A DNA stretch of 64,000 nucleotides from NCBI GenBank assembly GCA_030645815.1, contig JAUSMW010000149.1:22510-86509 (forward strand), given 5' to 3'. The notes below the pieces were generated by a model. It did no database searches. It was not told the origin of the DNA and saw only the letters and a program-made list of their open reading frames with translations. The stretch is from Candidatus Saccharimonadota bacterium (lineage in GTDB: Bacteria > Patescibacteriota > Saccharimonadia > Saccharimonadales > Saccharimonadaceae). Each line of letters opens with the position of its first letter. Position 1 is the first letter of the stretch. Below, piece after piece: positions 52,439 to 61,370 of the stretch. A program made the translations under genes and the position numbers.

Positions 52439-54376
52439 ATGACAAAGGATGCTTCCCAATCAAAACTCGATAGCACTATCCGCCCACAAGACGATTTCTA
52501 TGGTCACGTCAATAATATCTGGACCAAAAACAACCCAATCCCCGATAGTGAATCTCGCTGGGGTATTTTTAATGTCCTACGAGAAGATTCTTGGTCAAAG
52601 GTGCGTGATATATATGAAGGGCTGCAAAATAGCGAAGCAAAGGACGTGACAACTCAGCAAGCAAAGGATTTTTATTATACTGGTATCAATTTTGACAACT
52701 TTAGCACAAAACACATGGATATCGCGCAGGAATACTTGTCAAAAGTTGCTGCAATAACCGACACCGCATCGCTATCATTACTGCTAGGCCAATTACATCG
52801 TATAGGTCTGGATAGCCCGTGGCAGATTTATATAGACACGGATGATACCGACTCATCAAAATACATACTGCGCTTGTACCAGTCAGGCTTATCATTGCCT
52901 GATCGTGATTATTATCTGTCTGATAGTACAGATATGAAGAAGACACGCCAAAAGTATGAACATTTGCTAGTACAAGCTAGAGGTATATTCGAGGAATTGG
53001 CACCGAGTAATGAAAAGTTCGTAAAGACGATTATTGATTTTGAAACAGCTATGGCCAAAAAACAGCGTACAAACTCTGAGCTGCGCGATGTAGAAGGTAA
53101 CTACAACCCAATCACATTTAATAATCTGAAAAAACAATATTCTAATATTGACTGGGACGGTTTTGCCCAAGGGTTAGGATGGACGAATACAGATAATATT
53201 ACTGTTGATCAACCGGAATTTATAACATTTATTAACGAGCAATTTGTTGATAGCAACCTAGATCAGTGGAAGATGTATCTGCAATGGCACCTCGTCAGAA
53301 AATTTCTGCCACTTATCTCTAGCCAGACCTCAGAACTCCACTTTCAGTTTTACGGCAAGGCTATAACTGGCGCAAAAGAGAATATGCCACTGTGGAAGCG
53401 TGTTGTGCTACGGGGTGAGTATTTGATGGGTGAAAATATTGGCAAAATATATGCCCAAAGGCATTTCCCTGAAGCTTCAAAAAAACAAGTAGTGTCTATG
53501 GTTGACGATGTTTCCAAAACCTTTGCCCGTAGAATTGGTGAACTAGATTGGATGAGTGATAAAACCAAGCAATATGCAGTGAAAAAACTTAACAACATGA
53601 AGGTTTTAGTCGGATACCCTGATGTTTGGCGTGATTTTAGCAACATGACGGTTACGAGAGACTCATATTTGGGTAATGTACTTGCCATGGAACAGTACAA
53701 TACAGACTACTCGTTAGCCAAATTAGGACAGGCCAATAGCCGAGAAGAATGGCATATGAGCCCACAAACAGTGAACGCATATCACGATCCAAATCGTTTG
53801 GTCATATGTTTTCCGGCTGCCATTCTGCAGCCCCCGTTTTTTGATCCAGCTGCGTCACATGCGCACAATTTCAGCGGTATAGGCGCAGTGATTGGGCACG
53901 AGCTAACGCATGGCTTTGATGACCAAGGCTGCCAGTTTGATGCAGATGGAAATGTGCGCCAATGGCAAACGGCTGCTGAAAGAAAACGCTTTTCTAAAAA
54001 GGCACAAATTATCAAAGACCAAGCGAATGGTTTTGAAGTACTGCCAGGCATTACTCTTAATGGCGAGCTAGTGATAGGCGAAGCCATTGCGGATTTAGGG
54101 GGTATAGAACTAGCACTTGATGCTTTGCGACAGAAAATGGGTGAAAAAATAACTGATCAAGATGTACAAGATTTTTTCATTAACTTTGCTAGAACGGAAG
54201 TTGGCCAAGATCGAGAGCAAAAGGCCAGAGAGTTTGCACTGACTGACCCACATCCACCAGGAGAATTTAGGGTGAATGCTATGTTGCAGCATGTTGATAG
54301 TTTTTATGATGCGTTTTCATTAATTCCCTATGACCAGTTGTTTAGGCTAGAGAGAGAGCGCGCTAAAATCTGGTAA
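52439..54376 (+). CDS. pepO: M13-family zinc metallopeptidase (PepO/neprilysin-like)
   Basis: HELTHGFDDQG (HExxH) and GEAIADLGG. About 645 aa, typical of M13. Confidence 0.9.
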   Translation: MTKDASQSKLDSTIRPQDDFYGHVNNIWTKNNPIPDSESRWGIFNVLREDSWSKVRDIYEGLQNSEAKDVTTQQAKDFYYTGINFDNFSTKHMDIAQEYLSKVAAITDTASLSLLLGQLHRIGLDSPWQIYIDTDDTDSSKYILRLYQSGLSLPDRDYYLSDSTDMKKTRQKYEHLLVQARGIFEELAPSNEKFVKTIIDFETAMAKKQRTNSELRDVEGNYNPITFNNLKKQYSNIDWDGFAQGLGWTNTDNITVDQPEFITFINEQFVDSNLDQWKMYLQWHLVRKFLPLISSQTSELHFQFYGKAITGAKENMPLWKRVVLRGEYLMGENIGKIYAQRHFPEASKKQVVSMVDDVSKTFARRIGELDWMSDKTKQYAVKKLNNMKVLVGYPDVWRDFSNMTVTRDSYLGNVLAMEQYNTDYSLAKLGQANSREEWHMSPQTVNAYHDPNRLVICFPAAILQPPFFDPAASHAHNFSGIGAVIGHELTHGFDDQGCQFDADGNVRQWQTAAERKRFSKKAQIIKDQANGFEVLPGITLNGELVIGEAIADLGGIELALDALRQKMGEKITDQDVQDFFINFARTEVGQDREQKAREFALTDPHPPGEFRVNAMLQHVDSFYDAFSLIPYDQLFRLERERAKIW

Positions 54377-54379
54377 TAC

Positions 54380-54408
54380 TTGCGCTAAGAGCGAAAGTTT
54401 TATATAAT
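54380..54408 (+). promoter_or_regulatory. Candidate nusA promoter
   Basis: TTGCGC (54380-54385), N17, TATAAT (54403-54408), immediately after the pepO stop codon. Confidence 0.45.
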
Positions 54409-54419
54409 GGCAAACAGTT

Positions 54420-54446
54420 AACCGGACCGAAAGGCCCGGGTTTTTT
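54420..54446 (+). terminator. Intrinsic terminator: 3' of pepO and inside the nusA leader
   Basis: CCGGACC-GAAA-GGCCCGG (one A-C mismatch), then G and TTTTTT (54441-54446). It lies between the candidate promoter and the nusA SD AAAGGAG. Confidence 0.65.
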
Positions 54447-54466
54447 AATCAAAGGAGCTTAGAACA

Positions 54467-55591
54467 ATGGATGGATTAGACCTCAAACAACTAACAATGG
54501 CAGTTCGTACAATTGCCGAAGAAAAAAACCTACCCGAAGAAACGGTGGTAGAAGTAATCGAACAAGCAATCGCTGCTGCATGGCGTCGTGATAACGGCGA
54601 GCGTGACCAATTGGTGAAAGCAGTACTAAATACTAGCAGTGGCGAAGCATCTATCTCTGTCGGCCGCGAAGTCGTCGAGGAAGTTGAGAACGACATCAAT
54701 GAAATCAGTCTCGAGGACGCTCAAAAAGTCCAAAAAGATGCTAAAATTGGTGACTTTATCGAGGAACAAACTGCAAAAGCTACGACTTTCGGTCGTGTAG
54801 CTGCACAAACCGCAAAGCAAGTTGTATTGCAACGTCTACGTGAAGCTGAGCGCGAAGTAGTCAGCGCAGCATTCGAAGACAAGGTCGGTGAAATCCTCAA
54901 TGGTACAGTACAGCGTGTTGAACCCCGTGTCGTACGTATTGACCTAGGTAACGCTACTGGTATCATCCCAGCTAGTGAACAAATACAGGGTGAATATTAT
55001 TCTGTTGGCTCACGTGTGAAGGTCCTACTAAAAGAAATCGAGCGAGGCAACCGTGGTCCACAACTTATCCTATCTCGTGCTAGCACAGGGTTTATCAAAC
55101 TATTGTTTGCCAGTGAAGTCCCAGAAATCGAAACAGGCGCAGTTGAAATCAAGACTATCGCTCGTGAGGCTGGACGCCGTTCTAAAATCGCTGTTGTCTC
55201 GAACGTTCCAGGCGTCGACCCAGTAGGTACCTTTGTTGGTAGTCATGGTACACGTATCCAGGCTGTTATGAACGAAGTCGGTGACCAAGAAAAAATCGAC
55301 ATCATTTCGTATAGTGATGATACCGAAACCTTCATCAAAGCAGCTCTATCTCCTGCCGAAGTGCAGAAGATAGAGATTGTTAGCGACAAGGAAGGCGATA
55401 GACGAGCCAAAGTCTTTGTTAACGAAGACCAGCAATCAATCGCAATCGGTCGTGGTGGACAAAACGTACGACTTGCTTCACAACTAGCTGGCTACGAACT
55501 AGATATCGAAACAGCCTCGAAGCCTGCTGAAAAACCACGCAAAAACATCGAAGACTCACTACTCAACGCCGTCGAAGAAGCAACAGAGTAA
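54467..55591 (+). CDS. nusA: Transcription termination/antitermination factor NusA
   Basis: N-terminal domain, S1 (...GEILNGTVQRVEPRVVRIDLG...) and two KH domains (...GVDPVGTFVGSHGTRIQ..., ...AIGRGGQNVRLASQLAG...). No C-terminal AR repeats. Confidence 0.95.
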   Translation: MDGLDLKQLTMAVRTIAEEKNLPEETVVEVIEQAIAAAWRRDNGERDQLVKAVLNTSSGEASISVGREVVEEVENDINEISLEDAQKVQKDAKIGDFIEEQTAKATTFGRVAAQTAKQVVLQRLREAEREVVSAAFEDKVGEILNGTVQRVEPRVVRIDLGNATGIIPASEQIQGEYYSVGSRVKVLLKEIERGNRGPQLILSRASTGFIKLLFASEVPEIETGAVEIKTIAREAGRRSKIAVVSNVPGVDPVGTFVGSHGTRIQAVMNEVGDQEKIDIISYSDDTETFIKAALSPAEVQKIEIVSDKEGDRRAKVFVNEDQQSIAIGRGGQNVRLASQLAGYELDIETASKPAEKPRKNIEDSLLNAVEEATE

Positions 55592-55605
55592 ATAAAATTA
55601 CCCAA

Positions 55606-55632
55606 TTAGCACTCACTTGACATGAGTGCTAA
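55606..55632. promoter_or_regulatory. CIRCE element (HrcA operator), perfect consensus
   Basis: TTAGCACTC-ACTTGACAT-GAGTGCTAA matches TTAGCACTC-N9-GAGTGCTAA. Confidence 0.85.
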
Positions 55633-55644
55633 TTTATATATAAT
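55617..55644 (+). promoter_or_regulatory. Consensus sigma70 promoter of clpC, with its -35 inside the CIRCE spacer
   Basis: TTGACA (55617-55622), N16, TATAAT (55639-55644). SD GGAGG lies before the ATG at 55687. Confidence 0.65.
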
Positions 55645-55686
55645 TTTAGGTATACATATAGACATATTTGGAGGTAGAATATAAGT

Positions 55687-58155
55687 ATGCCAGAAAACTT
55701 TCAAGATTTTGCTCAGTATCTAACTGACAATGCACGAGGAAGCCTACAACAGGCTGAGGTTATTGCACGTAGTCTTGGTAGTTCGTATATAGGGACCGAA
55801 CATTTATTGCTCGGCCTTTTATCTCAACCCGAATCTGTTGGCGGTAGAATATTATTTGACAATGGTGTGACATTAGAGCGGGCTCACACAGCGCTCAACC
55901 TCACGCCTCGCTCATTAGTTATTAGTGCAGGCGCAACAGGTCTCAGCGAAACGGCTAAACTAACACTAAAGATGAGCTGGGAAACTGCTCAAGAATTCCA
56001 CCAAGATTATTGTGGCACCGAACATATTTTATTCAGCATAATGTCACAAAAGAATGCTCGTGCTAGCGTGCTACTGCGTGACATGAATATCGATATGCAA
56101 GAAATTACGAACGAGCTCGATGATTATTTGCGTGATCAAAAAGAAGCCTACCACCTAGGTAGCTCTGGAGCCAAAATTGGCTTTAAACGTAAAACAAAGA
56201 AAGGTATGTTAGACACATTTGGTATCGACTTAACAGCCTTGGCAGCCAAGGATGAATTAGACCCAGTAATTGGCCGAGATGAGCAAATCAATCGTATGAT
56301 TACTATTTTGTCTCGTCGAACCAAAAACAACCCAGTACTAATTGGCGACCCTGGCGTCGGAAAGACTGCAATTGTTGAAGGTTTAGCACAACGAATAGCC
56401 AGTGAAAAGGCCCCAGAGCATTTACTAGACAAACGGATTATTCAATTAGACCTACCCGGTATGATTGCTGGCACAAAATATCGTGGTGAGTTCGAAGAGC
56501 GCCTAAAGAAAGTCATGAACGAAATTCGCGACGACTCGAATATTATTGTATTTGTTGATGAACTACACCTCATCATCGGCGCCGGTGCCGCCGAGGGCTC
56601 TATGGATGCAGCGAATATCCTCAAACCAGCCCTAGCACGTGGACAAATGCGCCTAATCGGTGCGACGACTATTGATGAATATCGAAAACATATCGAAAAA
56701 GACGCAGCTCTAGAGCGTCGTCTACAATCAATCATTGTTCCTGAACCAAAGCTTAAAGACGTGGTAGCGATTCTCAAAGGTCTACGCCATCATTACGAAG
56801 ATTTCCATGGGGTCAAATTGAGTGATGAAATTATAGATGACACAGTCAATTTAGCCGACCGCTATGTTAGTGAGCGATTCATGCCAGATAAAGCTATCGA
56901 CGTTATCGACGAAGCTGCCAGCAAAGTACGTGTCAAAAATGGTGTCTTATTACCCGAAGCTCGTAATATACAGCGCGAAATCAATCTCTTGAATGACAAG
57001 ATGGAAGAAGCCGTCACGAACGAAAACTACGAGCGTGCTGCTATGTGCAAAACACGCATATCGCAACTAACCGACAAACTAAAGAAACTTCACATAGATG
57101 AAAAGCGTGACGCAATTGCTATAACTACCGACGATGTAGCCGCCGCAATCTCAACTATGACGGGTATTCCAGTCAATAGAGTTGTATCCAAAGAAGCCGC
57201 ACTACTACGCAACCTCGAAGGTCACCTCAGCAAATCAGTTATCGGACAAAAAGAAGCTATCGAAAAAGTTTCCAAAAGCATCCGTCGTAGCCGTTCAGGT
57301 ATTGCCAGTAAAAAACGCCCAATCGGATCATTCATCTTTATGGGTCCAACTGGCGTAGGTAAAACAGAGCTAGCACGCGTATTGGCCCGTGAGGTCTTTG
57401 GCAACGAAGACGCACTAATCAAAATTGATATGAGTGAGTTTGGCGAACGGCACAGCGCCAGTCGTTTGGTTGGTGCGCCAGCTGGATATGTTGGCTATGA
57501 TGATGGGGGTCAACTCACCGATAAAATTCGTCGACAGCCGTATAGTGTAGTTCTACTCGATGAAATCGAAAAAGCACACTCGGATGTATTCCAATTGCTA
57601 CTACAACTACTAGAAGACGGTCGTTTGACAGATGCCAAGGGTCGTAGCGTCGACTTTTCTAACACGATTGTTATATTGACCAGCAACCTAGGTGCAGAAT
57701 CTATGAAGAAAGAGGCCAGTCTAGGGTTTAAGGTAAAGTCGGCCAGCGACACAAAAAAACTAGATGATTTACATCAAAAGAACGAATCTGCTGCAAGGGA
57801 AGCTTTGTCTAAAATGATGCGTCCAGAACTCATTAATCGTTTTGATGGGGTGATTGTATTTCATGCACTGACTCGGCCAGAGATTGGTAAAATTTTTAAC
57901 CTGCAAGTAAAAGACCTCAAAGACCGACTAAATATCCAAGGTCTCAGTGTCGTCGTAAACCCTCAGGCAAAAAAATGGATGATAGACAAAGGCTACGACG
58001 AATTCAATGGCGCACGGCCTTTGCGGCGCGTGTTACAAGATGAACTAGAACACATCATTGCCGATGGTATGTTGTCAGGCGACTTTAAAAAAGGCGATGT
58101 GTTGCAAGCGACAGTTGCTAACAATGCTTTAAAGGTTGATTTAAAGGCCGAATAG
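55687..58155 (+). CDS. clpC: ATP-dependent Clp protease ATP-binding subunit ClpC
   Basis: Two Clp_N repeats, Walker A GDPGVGKT and GPTGVGKT, and a UVR-like linker ([16 protein letters not shown]). 822 aa. Confidence 0.95.
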   Translation: MPENFQDFAQYLTDNARGSLQQAEVIARSLGSSYIGTEHLLLGLLSQPESVGGRILFDNGVTLERAHTALNLTPRSLVISAGATGLSETAKLTLKMSWETAQEFHQDYCGTEHILFSIMSQKNARASVLLRDMNIDMQEITNELDDYLRDQKEAYHLGSSGAKIGFKRKTKKGMLDTFGIDLTALAAKDELDPVIGRDEQINRMITILSRRTKNNPVLIGDPGVGKTAIVEGLAQRIASEKAPEHLLDKRIIQLDLPGMIAGTKYRGEFEERLKKVMNEIRDDSNIIVFVDELHLIIGAGAAEGSMDAANILKPALARGQMRLIGATTIDEYRKHIEKDAALERRLQSIIVPEPKLKDVVAILKGLRHHYEDFHGVKLSDEIIDDTVNLADRYVSERFMPDKAIDVIDEAASKVRVKNGVLLPEARNIQREINLLNDKMEEAVTNENYERAAMCKTRISQLTDKLKKLHIDEKRDAIAITTDDVAAAISTMTGIPVNRVVSKEAALLRNLEGHLSKSVIGQKEAIEKVSKSIRRSRSGIASKKRPIGSFIFMGPTGVGKTELARVLAREVFGNEDALIKIDMSEFGERHSASRLVGAPAGYVGYDDGGQLTDKIRRQPYSVVLLDEIEKAHSDVFQLLLQLLEDGRLTDAKGRSVDFSNTIVILTSNLGAESMKKEASLGFKVKSASDTKKLDDLHQKNESAAREALSKMMRPELINRFDGVIVFHALTRPEIGKIFNLQVKDLKDRLNIQGLSVVVNPQAKKWMIDKGYDEFNGARPLRRVLQDELEHIIADGMLSGDFKKGDVLQATVANNALKVDLKAE

Positions 58156-58156
58156 A

Positions 58157-59143
58157 GTGCAGTCAAAACATATAACCTCTCTTATAACAACAATGCTTAT
58201 CCTAGCTGGATTTCTTTTGCTTGCACTCAACTATCAGAACATTATTGACCAGTTTGTGGTTGCACAGGTCTACAAACCCAGCCAAGAAGTAAACCAAGTT
58301 GCGGATCAAATACAATTTACCGAAAAAGGCAAATTCCTGTTCCTTGCAGCGCAACCCGAACTCAATAGTCGAGACACTTTTAACAAGCATTGCGAGAAAA
58401 AAGTAGAGCAGACTGTAGTCCTAGGTTGTTATATCGGCCCTCAGCACATGTATATATATAATGTAACCGACCCACGTTTGGCAGGTGTTAGACAGGTTAC
58501 AGCGGCTCATGAGATGTTACACGGCGCCTATGATAGGCTTTCGTATATCGAGAAAAAGAACGTCAACAAAATGATTGAAGCTGCCTTGCCCAGCGTGCAA
58601 AAAGCTAACCCAGAATTAGCCGAGCGCTTAAAGATATATGACAAAACCGAACCAGGCGAGCGCAATAACGAACTACACTCTATACTAGGCACAGAGTCAG
58701 CCAATTTGCCGACCGACCTAGAAGATTACTACAAGCAGTATTTTATTAACAGAAGTATTATTACTACGTTTGCATCACAATATGACAAAATATTTAACGA
58801 TGTCAAAAACCAGCAAAACCAACTTGTTGCTCAACTCGACGCACTCGCAACCGAAATCAATACATTAACTGAGCAATACAATGCCGATACCACAAAGCTT
58901 AATAGTGATATTGATGATTTCAACAATCGTGCTGACATGCAGGGCTCATTTGCTTCGCAATCAGAATTTAATACAGCTAGGGCAGAGTTAGTATCACGCC
59001 ATGCAGCATTGAGTGATCAAAAAGATTTAATTGACGCCAAAATTGCCTCGTACGAAGCTATGCGCACACAACTAGAAGACCTCAATATCAAGGTGAAAGA
59101 TTTAAATTCAAAGGTCGATAGCACCAGCGTGCCAAGCCTGTAG
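58157..59143 (+). CDS. Membrane-anchored protein with an HExxH motif and a long C-terminal coiled coil
   Basis: GTG start 1 nt after the clpC stop. TM LITTMLILAGFLLLAL, the motif AAHEMLHGAY, and Q/N/D/L-rich heptad-like C-terminal ~120 aa. Confidence 0.55.
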   Translation: MQSKHITSLITTMLILAGFLLLALNYQNIIDQFVVAQVYKPSQEVNQVADQIQFTEKGKFLFLAAQPELNSRDTFNKHCEKKVEQTVVLGCYIGPQHMYIYNVTDPRLAGVRQVTAAHEMLHGAYDRLSYIEKKNVNKMIEAALPSVQKANPELAERLKIYDKTEPGERNNELHSILGTESANLPTDLEDYYKQYFINRSIITTFASQYDKIFNDVKNQQNQLVAQLDALATEINTLTEQYNADTTKLNSDIDDFNNRADMQGSFASQSEFNTARAELVSRHAALSDQKDLIDAKIASYEAMRTQLEDLNIKVKDLNSKVDSTSVPSL

Positions 59144-59164
59144 ATATCTGATAAACTAGTACTA

Positions 59165-60511
59165 ATGGCAAAATCAACAACTCAATATACATGTCAGCAA
59201 TGTGGGGCTGTATACAGCAAATGGGTAGGCAAGTGTGAAAATTGTGGTTCGTGGAACTCACTGCTCGAGTCCACACCAGTCTCGACTGGTAAATCTGCAG
59301 TGGCTAAAAGTCGGGGTACGCCGCTAAAAGCAAAGAAATTATCCCAAGTCCAGTTAGACAATGTCAAAAACCGACTGGTAACTGGTTTTGGCGAACTAGA
59401 CGTAGTATTGGGTGGCGGATTAATGTCTGGCGGAGTGTTGTTGATGGCCGGCCAGCCTGGCATCGGCAAGAGCACCCTGCTGCTACAAATTGCAGCAAAT
59501 GTTGCTAATAAAAAATCAGTTCTATACGTTAGCGGCGAGGAATCAGCAGGCCAAATAAAGTTACGTGCCGAGCGTTTAGGTGCGCACGAGCAGGAAGCAT
59601 TGAGCCTGGCTAGCAGTACTAGTGCCGACGATATTGCGGCAACCATATCTGAAGGCACCTATGATTTGGTTATTGTTGATTCCATCCAAACCCTATCACT
59701 CAACGAAATAACATCTGCACCTGGCACAGTCAGTCAAATCACTAACTCGAGTAACGTTATCATACGTGCGGCCAAATCATCAAATACATCTGTCGTATTG
59801 GTTGGCCATGTCACAAAGGAAGGCTCGATTGCCGGTCCGAAAGTTCTAGAGCATTTAGTGGATGTTGTTTTGAACTTTGAAGGTGACCGTTACGGTGGCT
59901 TCAAGATTATACGCGCTATCAAAAACCGTTACGGTAGTACATCTGAGGCTGCGATTTTAGAGATGGTCGAAGAGGGATTGAAGCAAGTTGAAAACCCGTC
60001 TGCCGCACTACTAGCCGAGCGCCAAAACACCGACGGGTCAGTCATATTAGCAACACTAGAGGGCAACCGTCCGCTGCTGGTTGAGATACAAGCCCTTGTA
60101 AATCCGACGCATTTCGGCTATCCTAAACGTACCGCTAGTGGCTTTGATATCAATCGGCTCAATCTTTTAATCGCAGTTTTAGAAAAGCGTACAAAGTTGA
60201 AATTATCTGAGAGCGATATTTATATCAATGTTGTTGGCGGACTCAAATTAGCTGATCCAGCTGCAGATTTAGCCGTCGCTATGGCAATTGCATCTGCCGC
60301 TGCATCACGCAAGATAGGTGACGGAGTCGTTGTCTTTGGTGAAGTTGGTTTAGGTGGTGAAATACGCTCGGCCATAGCCAGCGACCGACGTCTGGACGAG
60401 GCAAAGAAACTTGGGTTTACCCAAGCAATTACGCCAAAACTACGAACCAGTACAAAGTTTGCCAAACAGGTAACTGACCTGCGCTCGGCTCTAGTCGACT
60501 ATCTCAAATAA
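59165..60511 (+). CDS. radA: DNA repair protein RadA/Sms
   Basis: Zinc finger CQQCGAVYSKWVGKCENCGSW, Walker A GQPGIGKST, KNRYG motif, and a Lon-like C-terminal domain. Confidence 0.95.
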   Translation: MAKSTTQYTCQQCGAVYSKWVGKCENCGSWNSLLESTPVSTGKSAVAKSRGTPLKAKKLSQVQLDNVKNRLVTGFGELDVVLGGGLMSGGVLLMAGQPGIGKSTLLLQIAANVANKKSVLYVSGEESAGQIKLRAERLGAHEQEALSLASSTSADDIAATISEGTYDLVIVDSIQTLSLNEITSAPGTVSQITNSSNVIIRAAKSSNTSVVLVGHVTKEGSIAGPKVLEHLVDVVLNFEGDRYGGFKIIRAIKNRYGSTSEAAILEMVEEGLKQVENPSAALLAERQNTDGSVILATLEGNRPLLVEIQALVNPTHFGYPKRTASGFDINRLNLLIAVLEKRTKLKLSESDIYINVVGGLKLADPAADLAVAMAIASAAASRKIGDGVVVFGEVGLGGEIRSAIASDRRLDEAKKLGFTQAITPKLRTSTKFAKQVTDLRSALVDYLK

Positions 60512-60528
60512 ACTAAAAAGGAAATTAT

Positions 60529-61356
60529 ATGGAAATAATTCAAACAATTATATTGCTATTGGTGTTACTTTTGACGCTATACATCGCAATGAAACAAACT
60601 AGAAACCCGCGAATAAAGAGCACATCACTAAAAGCTATTCTACTAGACAGTTCCGCACTGATTGACGGGCGAATAGTTGACGTGGCGCGGATTGGTTTCC
60701 TAGGTGGAGCCCTAATCGTACCTAGCTCAGTACTACGCGAAATGCAGTATTTAGCCGATAACGCTGATAGCGAAAAACGTTCACGTGCACGGCACGGTCT
60801 AGATGTAGTCAAGCAACTACAAGATTTGCCACATACAGATGTTGAAATACTAGACGACGGGCTACCTGGTGAAGGCGGAGTCGACGAACGCTTGGTTCAG
60901 TTAGCCAAGGCTTCAGGCGCTGACTTGTTGACGCTAGATTTTAACCTCAACAAGGTTGCAGCAGCAGAAGGTATACGAGTACTAAATATCAATGAACTGG
61001 CTCAGACACTACGTATGAGCTACTTGCCAGGCGAAAAACGCCACATCACACTCGTCAACAAAGGCCAGGACAAAACCCAAGCAGTTGGTTATCTAGAAGA
61101 CGGTACTATGGTTGTTGTTGAAAATGCTGGTAGTCAAATCGGACAATCAGTCGAAGTCGAGTTTACTCGTGCACTGCAAACTGCAGCAGGTAAAATGTTA
61201 TTTGCCAAAAAACTTCATGGAGCTAAAACGCAGCAGCAGAAACCTAACAAGTCAAACGCTAAACCTATTGCTAAAAAAGCTAATCCAAACGCTACAAGGC
61301 AACCGCGCAAGAGACAAACTCCCGAAGATTCACTAGTCAAACTAGCTAATCAATAG
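60529..61356 (+). CDS. PIN/TRAM-domain protein (YacL-like)
   Basis: An N-terminal TM, a PIN domain (LLDSSALIDGRI...LTLDFNLNKVA), a TRAM domain (...GYLEDGTMVVVENAGSQIGQSVEVEFTRALQTAAGKMLFA), and a basic tail. Confidence 0.85.
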   Translation: MEIIQTIILLLVLLLTLYIAMKQTRNPRIKSTSLKAILLDSSALIDGRIVDVARIGFLGGALIVPSSVLREMQYLADNADSEKRSRARHGLDVVKQLQDLPHTDVEILDDGLPGEGGVDERLVQLAKASGADLLTLDFNLNKVAAAEGIRVLNINELAQTLRMSYLPGEKRHITLVNKGQDKTQAVGYLEDGTMVVVENAGSQIGQSVEVEFTRALQTAAGKMLFAKKLHGAKTQQQKPNKSNAKPIAKKANPNATRQPRKRQTPEDSLVKLANQ

Positions 61357-61370
61357 TAACTATATTCTAG

